64,000 nt of DNA, from assembly GCF_048593235.1 (NCBI RefSeq), contig NC_133618.1, positions 655,476,361 through 655,540,360 on the forward strand, given 5' to 3'. A model generated the notes under the pieces. That model saw only the letters and a list, made by a program, of their open reading frames with translations. It made no database searches and was not told the origin of the DNA. The stretch comes from Sminthopsis crassicaudata (lineage: Eukaryota). A program made the translations under genes and the position numbers. Every line of letters starts with the position of its first letter. Position 1 is the stretch's first letter. Of the stretch, positions 39,175 to 51,619 are shown one piece after another.

Positions 39175-40484
39175 CACCCCACCAAAAGGGGTTGATAAAC
39201 CTGAGAGAAAAGGACGAGCCTTATTTTTTATTATTGGAAGTGGCTCCCCTCAATGTGGGGGGAAAGGAGGTTAGACAGAGTTGAAAATAAAATTAAAATT
39301 AATTAAAAACAAAGCAAAACAAAACAAAATGACATTCCTTGGTAAGCATTTATCAAGGGCCTCTTATGTGCCAGGAAATATGATAGAGTTCCAAATATAA
39401 GAGGCACTGCGTCCTCAGAGATTTACAGTCTAGCAGAGAGATACAACATAGTCAAAGGATCCAAGTTCAAAGCCTGGCTCTGCCACTTGTTGGTCAACTC
39501 CCTTAATATCCCTGAGCCTTAGATTCTGCAACTACAAACTAAAATAATGAACCAGAGGTAGCTTCTTATGTCCCTTCCAGTTCTAGATCTTATCTTTACA
39601 AATATGTAAAGATGACCTTTGCAGGGAATAAGAGAGAAGTGATTTGGGGTGAGGGGAAAAGTACTGAAAGAACTGGGAATGGCTCTTTTACCCTAAGATT
39701 TAAAGGGGCCCAGGAGCTCTTACAGAAATATGAAAGAAAAGCCTCTACCATCATCCAATTAACCAACAGTCCAAGTCTCTTCATGTATTGTTCTCAAAGG
39801 TTTTTCTTTAAATTAGTTATATTCTTTTCCTCATTTCAATAAACGCCTTTTGTTTTTTTAAGGGCTGAAACACCATCTATTACATCCATTAACTAGGACT
39901 ACAGGACTATTATTTTCTCCCCTTGTTACCACAGTTTACTTATCAAAAATTACTAATTTTTCAACCCTATGATTATAAGATATTCAGGCTTTTTTGGGGG
40001 TCATGTGCTAATGTCTATTTATTTAAAAAAAAGATCATCAAGGCTCATATCTAAGTTCTAAAGATTTCCAATTTCTATATAGGCAGATAGATACATGCCC
40101 TTAGTGTAGCTCTTAGTTTTGGTAATGCTTTATTTAGCACAGTGCCTGACACACAGTAAGTGGTATACAAATTTTAGTTGTAATTATTATTATTATTAAT
40201 ATAACTAATAAGAATTTATAAAACCTATAAGCCTAAGGAAAACTTATACCTAAAAAGTAATATAGAACTGAAAAAAAATATGATTGTTCTAGATTGGATA
40301 CAAGAGATTTATATGCCTTTCCACCGACGTCTTCAATTTCACTGAGTCACTTAAGGGCTTTTATTAATTGGGAGACCAGGTCCTCCTACAAACCACTTTG
40401 TGATACTCAGAAGAGGACAGAGTTGCCATCCTTATTAGCTTAAGGGTCACTATGGACTGGGTCTTTGACCTTGGCTTATTAGAT

Positions 40485-40609
40485 ATATGCATTGACAATT
40501 ACAAAACCGTTTGTTCCAATTTTTCCCTTCCTTCCTTCCACCTCCTCCCCCAGATGGCAGATTGACCAATACATGTTAAATATGCTAAAGTATAAGTTAA
40601 ATAATATCT

Positions 40610-40641
<32 letters not shown>

Positions 40642-40865
40642 GTCCATACAATTGTTTTGCTGTACAAAAAGATTTGGACTTTGAAATAGTATACAATTAG
40701 CCTGTGAAGGAAATCAAAAATTCAGGCGGACAAAAATAGAGGGATTGGAAATTCTATGTAGTGAGTGGTCCATTCTCATTTCCCAGAGTTCTTTTGCTGG
40801 GTGTAGTTGGTTCAATTCACTACTGCTCTCTTGGAACTGATTTGGTTCATCTCATTATTGAAGAA
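40485..40865 (-). mobile_element. L1 3'UTR fragment containing a (CA)n tract
   Basis: CATTGACAATTACAAAACCGTTTGTTCCAATTTT…CCCCAGATGGCAG…TTGCTGTACAAAAA; same family of L1 tails as above. Confidence 0.8.
40611..40641. repeat. (CA)n microsatellite within an L1 tail
   Basis: TACACATACACACACACACACACACACACACG read directly. Confidence 0.9.
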
Positions 40866-43104
40866 TAGCCTGATAGTTTTATATCTCTAAATAACAGAAA
40901 TGTAGATTATAAACATATTTCATTAAAGTGAAAGGAAATGAATAAAAAAAAACACCCCAGAGTCATAATACTAGATCATGAACAAAATACTTGTAATAGT
41001 TTTAGGCAATCATGTATTATGTGAGTCTAATACCAGAACTTGAAAGTCATAATAACATAATTCAGGCACAATTTTTGTTATATGATGATATCAAATTGTC
41101 CAGGTTTTTAAACTTGTCCCCCAGAATTTCTTCATCTGGACCAAATTACTTCTGAGGTCTCTTCCAGTTTTATTCCATAGATCACTGTGACTCAGAAGAT
41201 GAAGAATGCTCTGCAAGGTGTGGCCAGGTACTGGTAAGTTGCTGAAGGTTTTCCCATCTCCCGGCATTACCTTCATTTGCAGTATGACAACCGAAGCCTT
41301 TTCTTGAATCTACCAACACCTGCAGTTGCTGCTGCCTTTCTTTTCTGTTTTAATAAAAAGTTCCCCCCAAGGAATTCTTTGGCTTTTGCCCAAATAAAAG
41401 CCCAAGAATGTATCTTTAAATGTTTCAAACCATCATGTACTAAAGAAATGTCCAAACACGCAAATACATTATAGCAACCATGAACCAGAAAACGCTTCTG
41501 AGACTGATTGCACTCTATAGAGCCAATTATTAGATCATCTTGTCCTGGGAAATATGACATGATAATAGTGGAGTTTCACAAGTTGGAAGCTTTCTTCCTC
41601 AGAAGGCTAACTCCTTAAGAAAGTTGAGTAACAAGAATAAAGCAATAAATATCTTCAGGTTGTATCTTTCAACTCTCTACTTACCAAAATGATCAGGGTA
41701 TTGAGGCTTCCATTTTAATTTACATTTAAATAGTATGCTAAATCAGCACAGATTTTACATGCAATTTGAGAATCATGTCCCTAAAGGCAACGTCATCTGG
41801 GGGAAATGGATAAGAACATGGGCCTCTGCAGAAAAATATGCTTGCAGGCAGTACTATCCTGGGAGGATTTAAAAATCTGGAGCTTCTTCCTACTGTTGAT
41901 AGTGCTGAGACAGATAATTATTCATAATCAGTTTCTATCTTTTACTATCTTGTTCACATTTTAGAGTAGAAACAGCCTATTACAGGTAGCCAAGACAGAA
42001 ATCTGAACTGATTTAAAGCTAATAGAGGCTCTTCGCTCTATTTCCCCTTCTCTTCAAAATGCAATTAAGACCATTACATCACTGAAAATTACATGCCCAG
42101 GCTATCACAGAATGCATCTGCCAAATGCAAAAACTTACAGAAAGTGCTCAATGTAACAATGATGTTTTATCATTTTAATCACTAACAAAAACAAGAAAAC
42201 AAACAAAAAAAAACCCTAAATCACACTGCCAGAAGTCTCCCAATTGGGGTGGTCTAAATTAACAGTATCTTGGTAGCCCAAGGGTAGCAAAAGTAGACTG
42301 AGCTACCAAATTTCATCATAGTTATAGCAGCTGTCTTCATGCCTGGAGGAAGCTGAGTATTTAACAAAGCAGACAGCTTGGCACTGGCATCTGATTAGCA
42401 GTGTGTGTATTGTCGAATAGGATATGCTGGGCTCTTTTGTTTCACTGTTTGATTAGAAATCTGGAGAGCAGTGGCATCATGTAACTATATAATTCAGGCT
42501 TCTCCATGAGGTAAATGGTTTGTGATGCTCCCCCACTGCTAGGTAAGATATGAATGTGCTTCAATGACCCTTGAAAAATATAGATATTACAACTGTTTGG
42601 CTACCCATTTATTTCCAATAATGCATGACCCAAAAGGTCTTAGAAATATTTTTTAAAATATTAGCAGACCTAAAAGATGCCTATTTAATAAGAAACTCTA
42701 TGTTTAAGAGTTTTTAACTGAACTTTTAAACTTTCAACTAAATCTGTCTGAACATTTGGGGCGTGGGGGGAGAGGAGGACAAGAATGGGGGAATAGAGAG
42801 AAGAGATGTTTATTTTGGTTTGCATAAGTAGAAAATTCTATCCAAAATGGTAACAGTCCAAACAAAGATTTAGACTTTTTAAATTTCACTCATCTTATCT
42901 GCAAATCCTGTGGGCAAGCTGACCTACACTGCCCTGTACATCACTGCAGTTCAGAATCAGGTATGTGTATTCTGAATGGCCAAAAATAAAAGGGGATGGC
43001 AGAGAGTGTCCTGACTATATTTTCACCAACAAATGTGAAAATCTATCATAAATTCTGGGTTCTCATTGATAGAGTCCAAATCAATGGACTCCATGCAAAC
43101 AATC

Positions 43105-43524
43105 NNNNNNNNNNNNNNNNNNNNNNNNNNNNNNNNNNNNNNNNNNNNNNNNNNNNNNNNNNNNNNNNNNNNNNNNNNNNNNNNNNNNNNNNNNNNNNNN
43201 NNNNNNNNNNNNNNNNNNNNNNNNNNNNNNNNNNNNNNNNNNNNNNNNNNNNNNNNNNNNNNNNNNNNNNNNNNNNNNNNNNNNNNNNNNNNNNNNNNNN
43301 NNNNNNNNNNNNNNNNNNNNNNNNNNNNNNNNNNNNNNNNNNNNNNNNNNNNNNNNNNNNNNNNNNNNNNNNNNNNNNNNNNNNNNNNNNNNNNNNNNNN
43401 NNNNNNNNNNNNNNNNNNNNNNNNNNNNNNNNNNNNNNNNNNNNNNNNNNNNNNNNNNNNNNNNNNNNNNNNNNNNNNNNNNNNNNNNNNNNNNNNNNNN
43501 NNNNNNNNNNNNNNNNNNNNNNNN
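43105..43524. other. Assembly gap (420 N)
   Basis: Run of N. Confidence 1.
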
Positions 43525-44219
43525 CAACAGACTGCCACCACACATTTGGCTCGGGTTCAACATTTTCTTTGTGAGAAATGGAACTGCTGCTGCCGCCTGG
43601 GCTGCTGTAGCTTGACTGGCTGTGCAAGGGTTCTAATAATGTATTCTTCTGAAAAATCACGTGATCCGGAGAGCAGGGACTGAGCTCCATTAATTACTGT
43701 GCTGAGGAAGCTTATCTACCATCTAAAGGCTGGGGAGGGAGATGTTAGAGAGGAGGGGAGTTGCCTCTTCCATCATCAATAACTGGAAGGTGAACATTTA
43801 CAAATAAATATTTTATTCTTAGGTCGACAGGTTTCTACTTAAATTTGTTGGGGAAAGGGAAGGGCACTATTTCTCAAATGTTGCTTTATGAATCTTGTCT
43901 ACACAGAGTAGCCAAGGATTCCAAAGAATTGGTTGTCATTCATCACCACTCTGAAAGTAAATTAACTCATGCTATCTGGTCAGCTGTTTTTCCCACTTAG
44001 GGCAAGAGTGATTAAAATAGCTGTATGTGTAAATAAATACATTGTTAGATGAGGATTCCTTCTATATACCTTTTTAACCTGAATATGACCCAATAAGGTG
44101 AAAATTTGGATTTAATTCAATATATTCTGACTCAAATATTTAAATGCCTTTTAGTGAGAATATTTAATGAAGTAATATCTGTGACTATCATTTATTTAGG
44201 AAGCAAATCACAGGATTAG

Positions 44220-45265
44220 TTATGTACTTGGTGGTGTCACTGAGATTTCCCAAATGTACCTCAAGTTCAACATAACCAAAATATGTGCATCATTTTTTCT
44301 CTTCAAAACAAGAACCATCAGCTTCAGTCACCTAAGCTTACAATCTTGATGAACCATTCTCCATCACCTCACAGATCTCTAAGAGTCTTCTCCTCCCAGA
44401 TCAATTCTTTTATGAAGGCAAACTCGGACATAATTTTTCTAGCCTTTAATTTCTGAATGAGTGTTGCCTAAGACAAACTGAAATCTGGGAAATCCCTTAC
44501 CTTAAAAAGACCAAGGTGCATCTGGAACCATATGCACTTTTCTTTATCTTCTTGCCACTGGATCCTGATCACTCTGGTTGAAACAGTGAGACTTACTGTT
44601 TTGAACAATTCTGTTCGCTTAAATCTAATTCAATTTGAAGACATCACCCTCTTTCTATTTGTCTTTGGTCTTCTTAAAGAACAAAGACCACCATCACTAA
44701 CAAAGACAAATTTGACAGCTTATCCCTTTAGATCCTCTCTCCTAGATATCTCTATCTTGACATTCATACAATTTCCACGCCTCTTCCCAAGACTCCAACA
44801 AGCGCCTTCTCACTGTTCTCCATGTTATTTATAAGTCTTTCCCATTCTAGACTCCTGAAGTACACATCTGATCAAACCACCCCAGTAAACAAAAAAAATT
44901 CAGTGGTTCCCTGTTAACTTCCAGGAAAAAAAAATAAATGTTTCTGTCTGACACTAAAAATCCTTCACATTTTACTTATTGACTACCTTGTCAGGCTTTA
45001 CCTTGCATGCAGGCCATGATTTAGCCAAACTGGGTCTCTTTGCTCTAAGTTGTACATGACGTCTAGCTCCTGTCCCTGTGCATTTGTACTGGCTGCCCAC
45101 ATGCTTGGAATACCTTCCTCCCTCCTTATCCCTGCCTCTTCTTAGGTTCCCTGTTTTTCTTTTAAGACTTAGCTCAAATGCCACCTTCTCCAAAAGACTT
45201 TTCCTAGTCCTCTCTCCTAACTTAGTGTCTTCTCAGAAATTACCTTCCTGGCTTTTCATATTTAT

Positions 45266-45325
<60 letters not shown>

Positions 45326-45478
45326 CTATAGTAGGCACATAGTTGTTTTCACACTTATCTGCCCTATTAAAATATGAGTTCCTTGAGGAAAGGGATTATT
45401 TTTGCCTTTCTTTGTAAGCCCAGCGCTTAGCACAGTGCCTGGCACATAGTTAACACTTAATAACTGCTTGTGGACTGA
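44220..45478 (+). mobile_element. L2 LINE 3' portion
   Basis: Ends in the canonical L2 tail CCTTGAGGAAAGGGATTATTTTTGCCTTTCTTTGTAAGCCCAGCGCTTAGCACAGTGCCTGGCACATAG…TTAATAACTGCTTG; contains a (CA)n insertion. Confidence 0.8.
45269..45322. repeat. (CA)27 microsatellite
   Basis: Uninterrupted CA run read directly. Confidence 0.97.
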
Positions 45479-46959
45479 CATGCCACAGAAATACAACCCT
45501 CACCTAAGGGTAGTTATGGAAATTAACATGACATATCAAAAATAGATGGCTAGTGCCCTGTTTCAGTTATCAGAAATATGGCTTTACAAGAGTGGCAGGT
45601 TTGGGGACTGCTGTCAGGACATGATCATTTAAAATACACTGAGTATTATGGAGGCATGCATGTAATCCAAAAGCAGTTAGTGGACATTCCCATTCACGCC
45701 AATCTCCACATATTAGATTGCTAGTTTCCTAGAAAACATAGTGCCATGCCAACTTATTGGAGTATCTGACTATATTGTATGACTTAAATTTAATCATTAC
45801 ATGTAAAATATAATTAGAATGAAATGACCCATTCACCTAAGTAGGATTCTAAAAAAGTCCCTTTTTATACTCATTTTGTTTAAAAAAAAAAACAAAAAAC
45901 ACACACACACACACAGAACAAAACTTGAAATATTTCTCCTTGGATAACAATCCTGAGACATTAAGTTTCTGTTATGATTACAGGATGGTATTAGATTTTT
46001 ATGAATGTATGTTATTTGTATTCTTTAAATGCTTCCAGAAGCTTCCAGAAGAAAGCACATCCTCTACTGTTTCATCTAAATTATCGCAGTCAATTGTTGA
46101 ATTCAATCTATTGGCTCACAAGAACTGCAGATCACATGATACTGCCATGAGTGTAAATAATTACTTTTATCCCATTTAAGATGCTGAGTCTATATTTGAA
46201 TACCTCATGATACCAACTACAGCTATTTCTGAGTTGAAGAATTAAAGTTATTTCTGCTGTTTTAAGGAATATAAAGGAACAGGGCTTAAAACTAATCAAA
46301 CATCCTCCCCTTTTCATGTCTATTGTTGCAACCATTTCATGTGGGTTAACTTTCCCTGAGAAATGAGTGAGAAAGTCAATGTCTTTACTTTTATTCATTT
46401 CCTACATTTTAATTTCAATAGTTTTCTGAAACCAGGTTGAAATTTTTATAATTATAGTGATTACTTTTAATCTTTATTTTGTTCTTTTATTATATAAATT
46501 CCAACATTTTTTCTCTGTAATCAATGATATTGACTGTTCCCAGAGAGATGATCCTTAACTCCCAAAACAATAACCAATTTTGTCCAGACGTGAGGACATA
46601 GTAAAGTTAAAATTTTATTACTCTATTGGAGGTTTACCGTTTGCAATATCTTCTTTTGTGTGTGTGTGAAGAAAACTTTTATGATATTAAAGCTCAAGTA
46701 ACTAATGTGCTATTAGTTTCAAACTTTATTTTTTCATATTCTTTTTGATGCCTCCAAGGCTATCTATGCAGAGAAGTCACCTAGCATCTTTGGACTTATT
46801 TTTGAAAGATCTTGTTCTTTACAGAATTTGTTTTATATCCAATTAAGAATCAAGTCTTGTCAGTCTGACCTGTACATCATGTGTCTCTGTCCCCTTCTGT
46901 CCACTTGCATGGTGACTGCTGTGGTTCATTCATTTGTTACTGCTTCCTGAACTGATGTA

Positions 46960-47420
46960 ACAGACTTCAAAAATTGGCTTCCCTGCTCCAAGCCTTTCCC
47001 TTCTCTAATCCATACTCCACTGTCGATGCTCAAATGGATTTCTAAGATACAAAGTGACCATGATACTCATCTGCTCACTTCTCATTATTCCACTTCACAC
47101 ATTGTACATTCAAGCCACAATGGACTACTTCTTGCTCTTTCTATGACACATTGCATCTCCAGCCCCCAGGATTCCAATTAATACTCTTTCTAAACCATGT
47201 TTCCATAAATCAAACTTTATCTCTTTCTAAAGAGAGGATGTCAGTCAATTACACTATGGCTCCATTCACCATTCCAGCGATCTCTCAGATACTCCGCCCT
47301 TTCCCACTCATAACCCCTATAATCTTCCCTCATCCTTTCATTTTACTTAATTTGTGTACATTTTGTTTTTAATTCTACATTCTGCTCCCTTAGTCATACC
47401 AACCTTGAAATAGGATGTCC
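46960..47420 (+). mobile_element. L2 LINE fragment
   Basis: CCCTTCTCTAATCCATACTCCAC…AAGTGACCATGATACTCATCTGCTCA is a typical L2 ORF2 3' segment. Confidence 0.5.
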
Positions 47421-50400
47421 CTGAGGGTAACTTGTGTAAAGTTTCTAGCCCATGATAGGTATTTAATAAAATGATTTTCAAATAAAATTGAATGGCCAGC
47501 TTGAAGCCTGCCAATCTTAAACCAGGTAAAATCTGGGTCACATCTCTGACATGAGGAATATAATAAAGCATCAGAGCAGTATGTTTCTGGAAGGTTAATA
47601 TATAATGTATATAATTTCTTAATAATCAAAATACATAATTCTAGGAATTATTCATTGCTTATAATATTGCTCAGTTTAAAAACTTAAACCAACTACCATT
47701 AACATAGATAATTAAATAGGAGAATTTGAAGATTACAAAGAAGGAAGAAAAATCTGCACTGGATCAGTCTGACGCCTCTGAGCAGCATCCTTTCATTGAT
47801 GTCCTAACAACTTATCATCTTTTCTTCCTAAATTTATGTTCATTTCCTCTTCCTTCCCTATTAACCATTCCATCTATATTTCCTTTAAATCTGTTGCTTG
47901 AAATAAGAAGAATCTTGGTGCCCAATCTACCCAAGTAGTCATTGTATTGCTCCTTCCAAAACTTCTCATGTGTTGAACATTACCCCCCAAAGATAAGAAT
48001 TTAAACTCACATATGAATCCCAATCCCCACAGTCTTACTAGTCTTTGAAGATGAATATCAAATCACAAAAATGTCCAGTTGGGAACTGATTAAGCTGCAC
48101 AGCAAAAAGAGAGCATCTCATAGATGAGATGCACAGGCTAATGACAGGAGACATCTCGAGGGAAGGTAAAGAAGGTAAAGAAGAGAAAGTTCCAAGAGGA
48201 AGAAGGCTGCCAGGAGAGAGAGAGTAAATAAGTAAAGGATACCAGGGAAATAATGGAAAATCTAAAAGTTTATCTAAAAAAATCAACAGAGCAAATAAAC
48301 CAAATAGATGTTCAAAATATGAGTTTTTGTTTTTAAGACTTGAAAATAGAGTTGTCCCTTCTTCATAGTTTTCTTCTTTAAAGTCCATGGTGGGGAAAAA
48401 AAAAAAAAAAAAGAAAGAGAGAGAAAAAGAGGAAAAAAAATTCTCTTATATGGTAGGCTCAGCAATACTATCTAGGTAGGCACAATTCCTCTAGAAACAA
48501 TTCTATGTTATACTTGAGAGGGAAAGCAGCATGTGTGTCATAGAATTCTCTAATGTAAGAATGTGGAACTAAACTGCTTACCAGAATTAAATAGAATTTT
48601 CTTCCAATAAAAACTAAATAGGAACCCCAACACTCTAAGAAGTTTATTTAAATTGCTTATCACTATCTACTTTTGGCCAAGTTCAGTTTTCAATGTAATA
48701 GTACACACATACAAATTTTGTAAATGAGATTTTATCAAACAGAGTGCTAAATTCTTCTGTCAAATCTAATCTGTGCATATCTTCTAAGTCTTTGGTCTTT
48801 TCAATAGTTTACACAGAACATCCCAAATGGACAAATGGATTGAGTTTAAAACATTAATTGACTTTCAATTCTGGATGGGATTTGGGATTCTGGATGTACT
48901 TTTCAAAAGGGCAAAAATTTAATGCTGGCTAGGTTTTTCAGGATAAATCCACAAAAACTGATTTTATCTCTAATACATCATTATTATATTCTGTTGATGA
49001 AAAAGTATTAGACAAAACAAGTATGATATTAGTAAATATGACAAATTATACCAGTTTTCTAATTTTATCTTGACTCTTTCTACTTAAGCAATTTATGTTT
49101 CACTGAAGAAAGAACAGTAATATGGGACCTAAAGGAGGAGGAAGAGAATTAGGAAGAGGAGAAGGAATCAGGAAACAGAGATTTTGAAAAGTATATTTCT
49201 TAGGTCTTTGGAAATGATTGGAACTGGTTCTTTAATATGTCTGATTTTACTTTATAGTTCTCTTTTTCTTTGATAGGGGTTTGTCAAGCCTCTTGCTCCT
49301 TTATTTATTTCACTGGGATCATTTCCATGCTACACATAAATAGAACAGAAAGAAAGAGACAGGGTCAGAAGAATGATTTTCTTGAATTAATGGGGGGGGG
49401 GGGAAATGGGAGGGAGAAAGGGTTAGAAGAAAGTCTTAAAGATGATATCTATGTAGAGATATGATTACACAAAGTAGAAATACCTGAGCTACTAGTGCCA
49501 AAAGACAAGAGTTACAGAGAAAATCTAAGGAAAAACTGTCCACTGGGACAGTTGCACCAAGCTGATCATGCCCTTCCAAGCTAAGCCAAGTCTGCAAGGC
49601 TCCTCTTGGCTCTGGGGATGAATTCCTCGGGTGAAAAGAGCTCCTCCTCCTGCAGGAAGGCTCCCCCTTCCAAACCCTTCTGAAGGGCTGCGTGGACTGC
49701 ACTGCCTGGGATTTCCCCGAGCATCCTTGGGCCTGCTACTTTGCTCAACTCTTCAGCTTCCTTGTGCATGCTGTTTTCCCCTATTCACTTGGAAGCTCCC
49801 CATAGCACAGAGACTGTTTCTCTCTTTCAGTTGGTGTCTCCAGCACTCAGCATTTTGCCTGGCAGAGAGAAGGTGTTTAATAAATGTGTTCCAACTACCT
49901 GGGGCAAAGGACAATTTCTTTGTTATTATGTAAAGAGTTTTGTAGGGTTAGAAGATAGTTAAAATGTGGGCAGAGGACGAGTGTTCAACTGATCCTGCTT
50001 TGGATGAAACTTCATAAAGCTGAGTAATTAAAACACAGAAAACTATAATATTTTACCATTCAAAAATACTGTCATATATCTACTCTTGTAAGACATGTAG
50101 CAGAGATCCCAACAAACTTCAGACCCCAAGACTTGTTGATTTTTAAAAAATAAAAATCCCTAAGTGTAATAAAATATCTAAATGGCATTTTAGCCTTCAA
50201 AGGAATGGAATATAAAATCATCATTTCAGATTGAAATTTAATTTAACACCAAAGGTTATCATTATTTGAATAGGAAAACCTGAGACTATTTATAGGAACA
50301 AATTAAAAGTTAGAATAATTCTGGGGGAAAAAACAAATTAAAAGAAAAAGCATGAATTTCTGAAATATTTTTTCCAACGTGGGACAGAAACTGTGGGATG

Positions 50401-51264
50401 CTTCTCAGTTGCATAACCTTCAGTGTTAGTATTTGTTAGACAGTTTAAAAGGGACAGTTCTGCTCTATACAAGAATTAATAACAGCCATGTAAAGCCTAC
50501 AGCCTTGCATATAACAGGCTGGAGGAGACATTAAGATTAGCTGAAAGAAATAGCTATATTTTCAATGTATGTGTTCCTACTAGATAATCCATTTTTTACA
50601 CTTTTTTTTTAACCAGCTGTTCCCACACAGTTCAGGTAGCAGAAAGGCAGCATCTGTGATACTAGAACCATAGATTACATGCACATTAAGGGTTTATAAT
50701 CTTTCATAGAAGCTTATATTTAAATACTAATTGTGATCCACCTCAAATACCTTACAATGAGATGGAAACAAACTCTCTACTTACTCATAATTTGTATAAT
50801 ACCGAAAGAGTATTTGATAAATTCAGAATGATTTTTTCAATAAAAAAACAAAACAAGCCAGTTTTAGAAATTAACTCTTAACTTGTCATTTTTACTTGCT
50901 ATATATGGCCCAAAAGATTTAATAATTCAAATCACAGCCTGCCTCCCTGCCCAGATCCAAGACTCTTGTCATGATCAATGTTTCTGAAATATTGAATTAT
51001 AAGGTGTCATGGTAATTACTATGGAATAAATAGCAATTAAGATTTTTCAGGCAAATAAGCTCAAATTGTTTGCAATGAATAATTATGCTAATAATGTTTT
51101 TCTACATAATCTGGGCATCCTTCACAACAATTTGCCTTAAAAAATGTGAAATGTAAATTTGCTGAACAAATATTACAAGAGCTCTTAAGAAAAAGGAAGG
51201 CTTAAAAAGGTATCTGATGCTCAGTTTAAGCATCTATCTATTTAGAAATGATCCAAATCGATGG

Positions 51265-51291
51265 AAACAAACAAACAAACAAACAAACAAA
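51265..51291. repeat. (AAAC)6 microsatellite about 190 nt into intron 6
   Basis: Read directly. Confidence 0.9.
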
Positions 51292-51373
51292 TAAAAACAG
51301 AAAATGCACAAATATATAATGGTTAAGTGCTCTCTCAAAATCTGCAAAAGTGATATTGCCATTTTTTGACTCA

Positions 51374-51619
<246 letters not shown>

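Noticed and set aside
42996-43690. Long ORFs of 160-214 aa, and similar ones at 36591-36902
   Set aside because: Artefacts of translating through N gaps.
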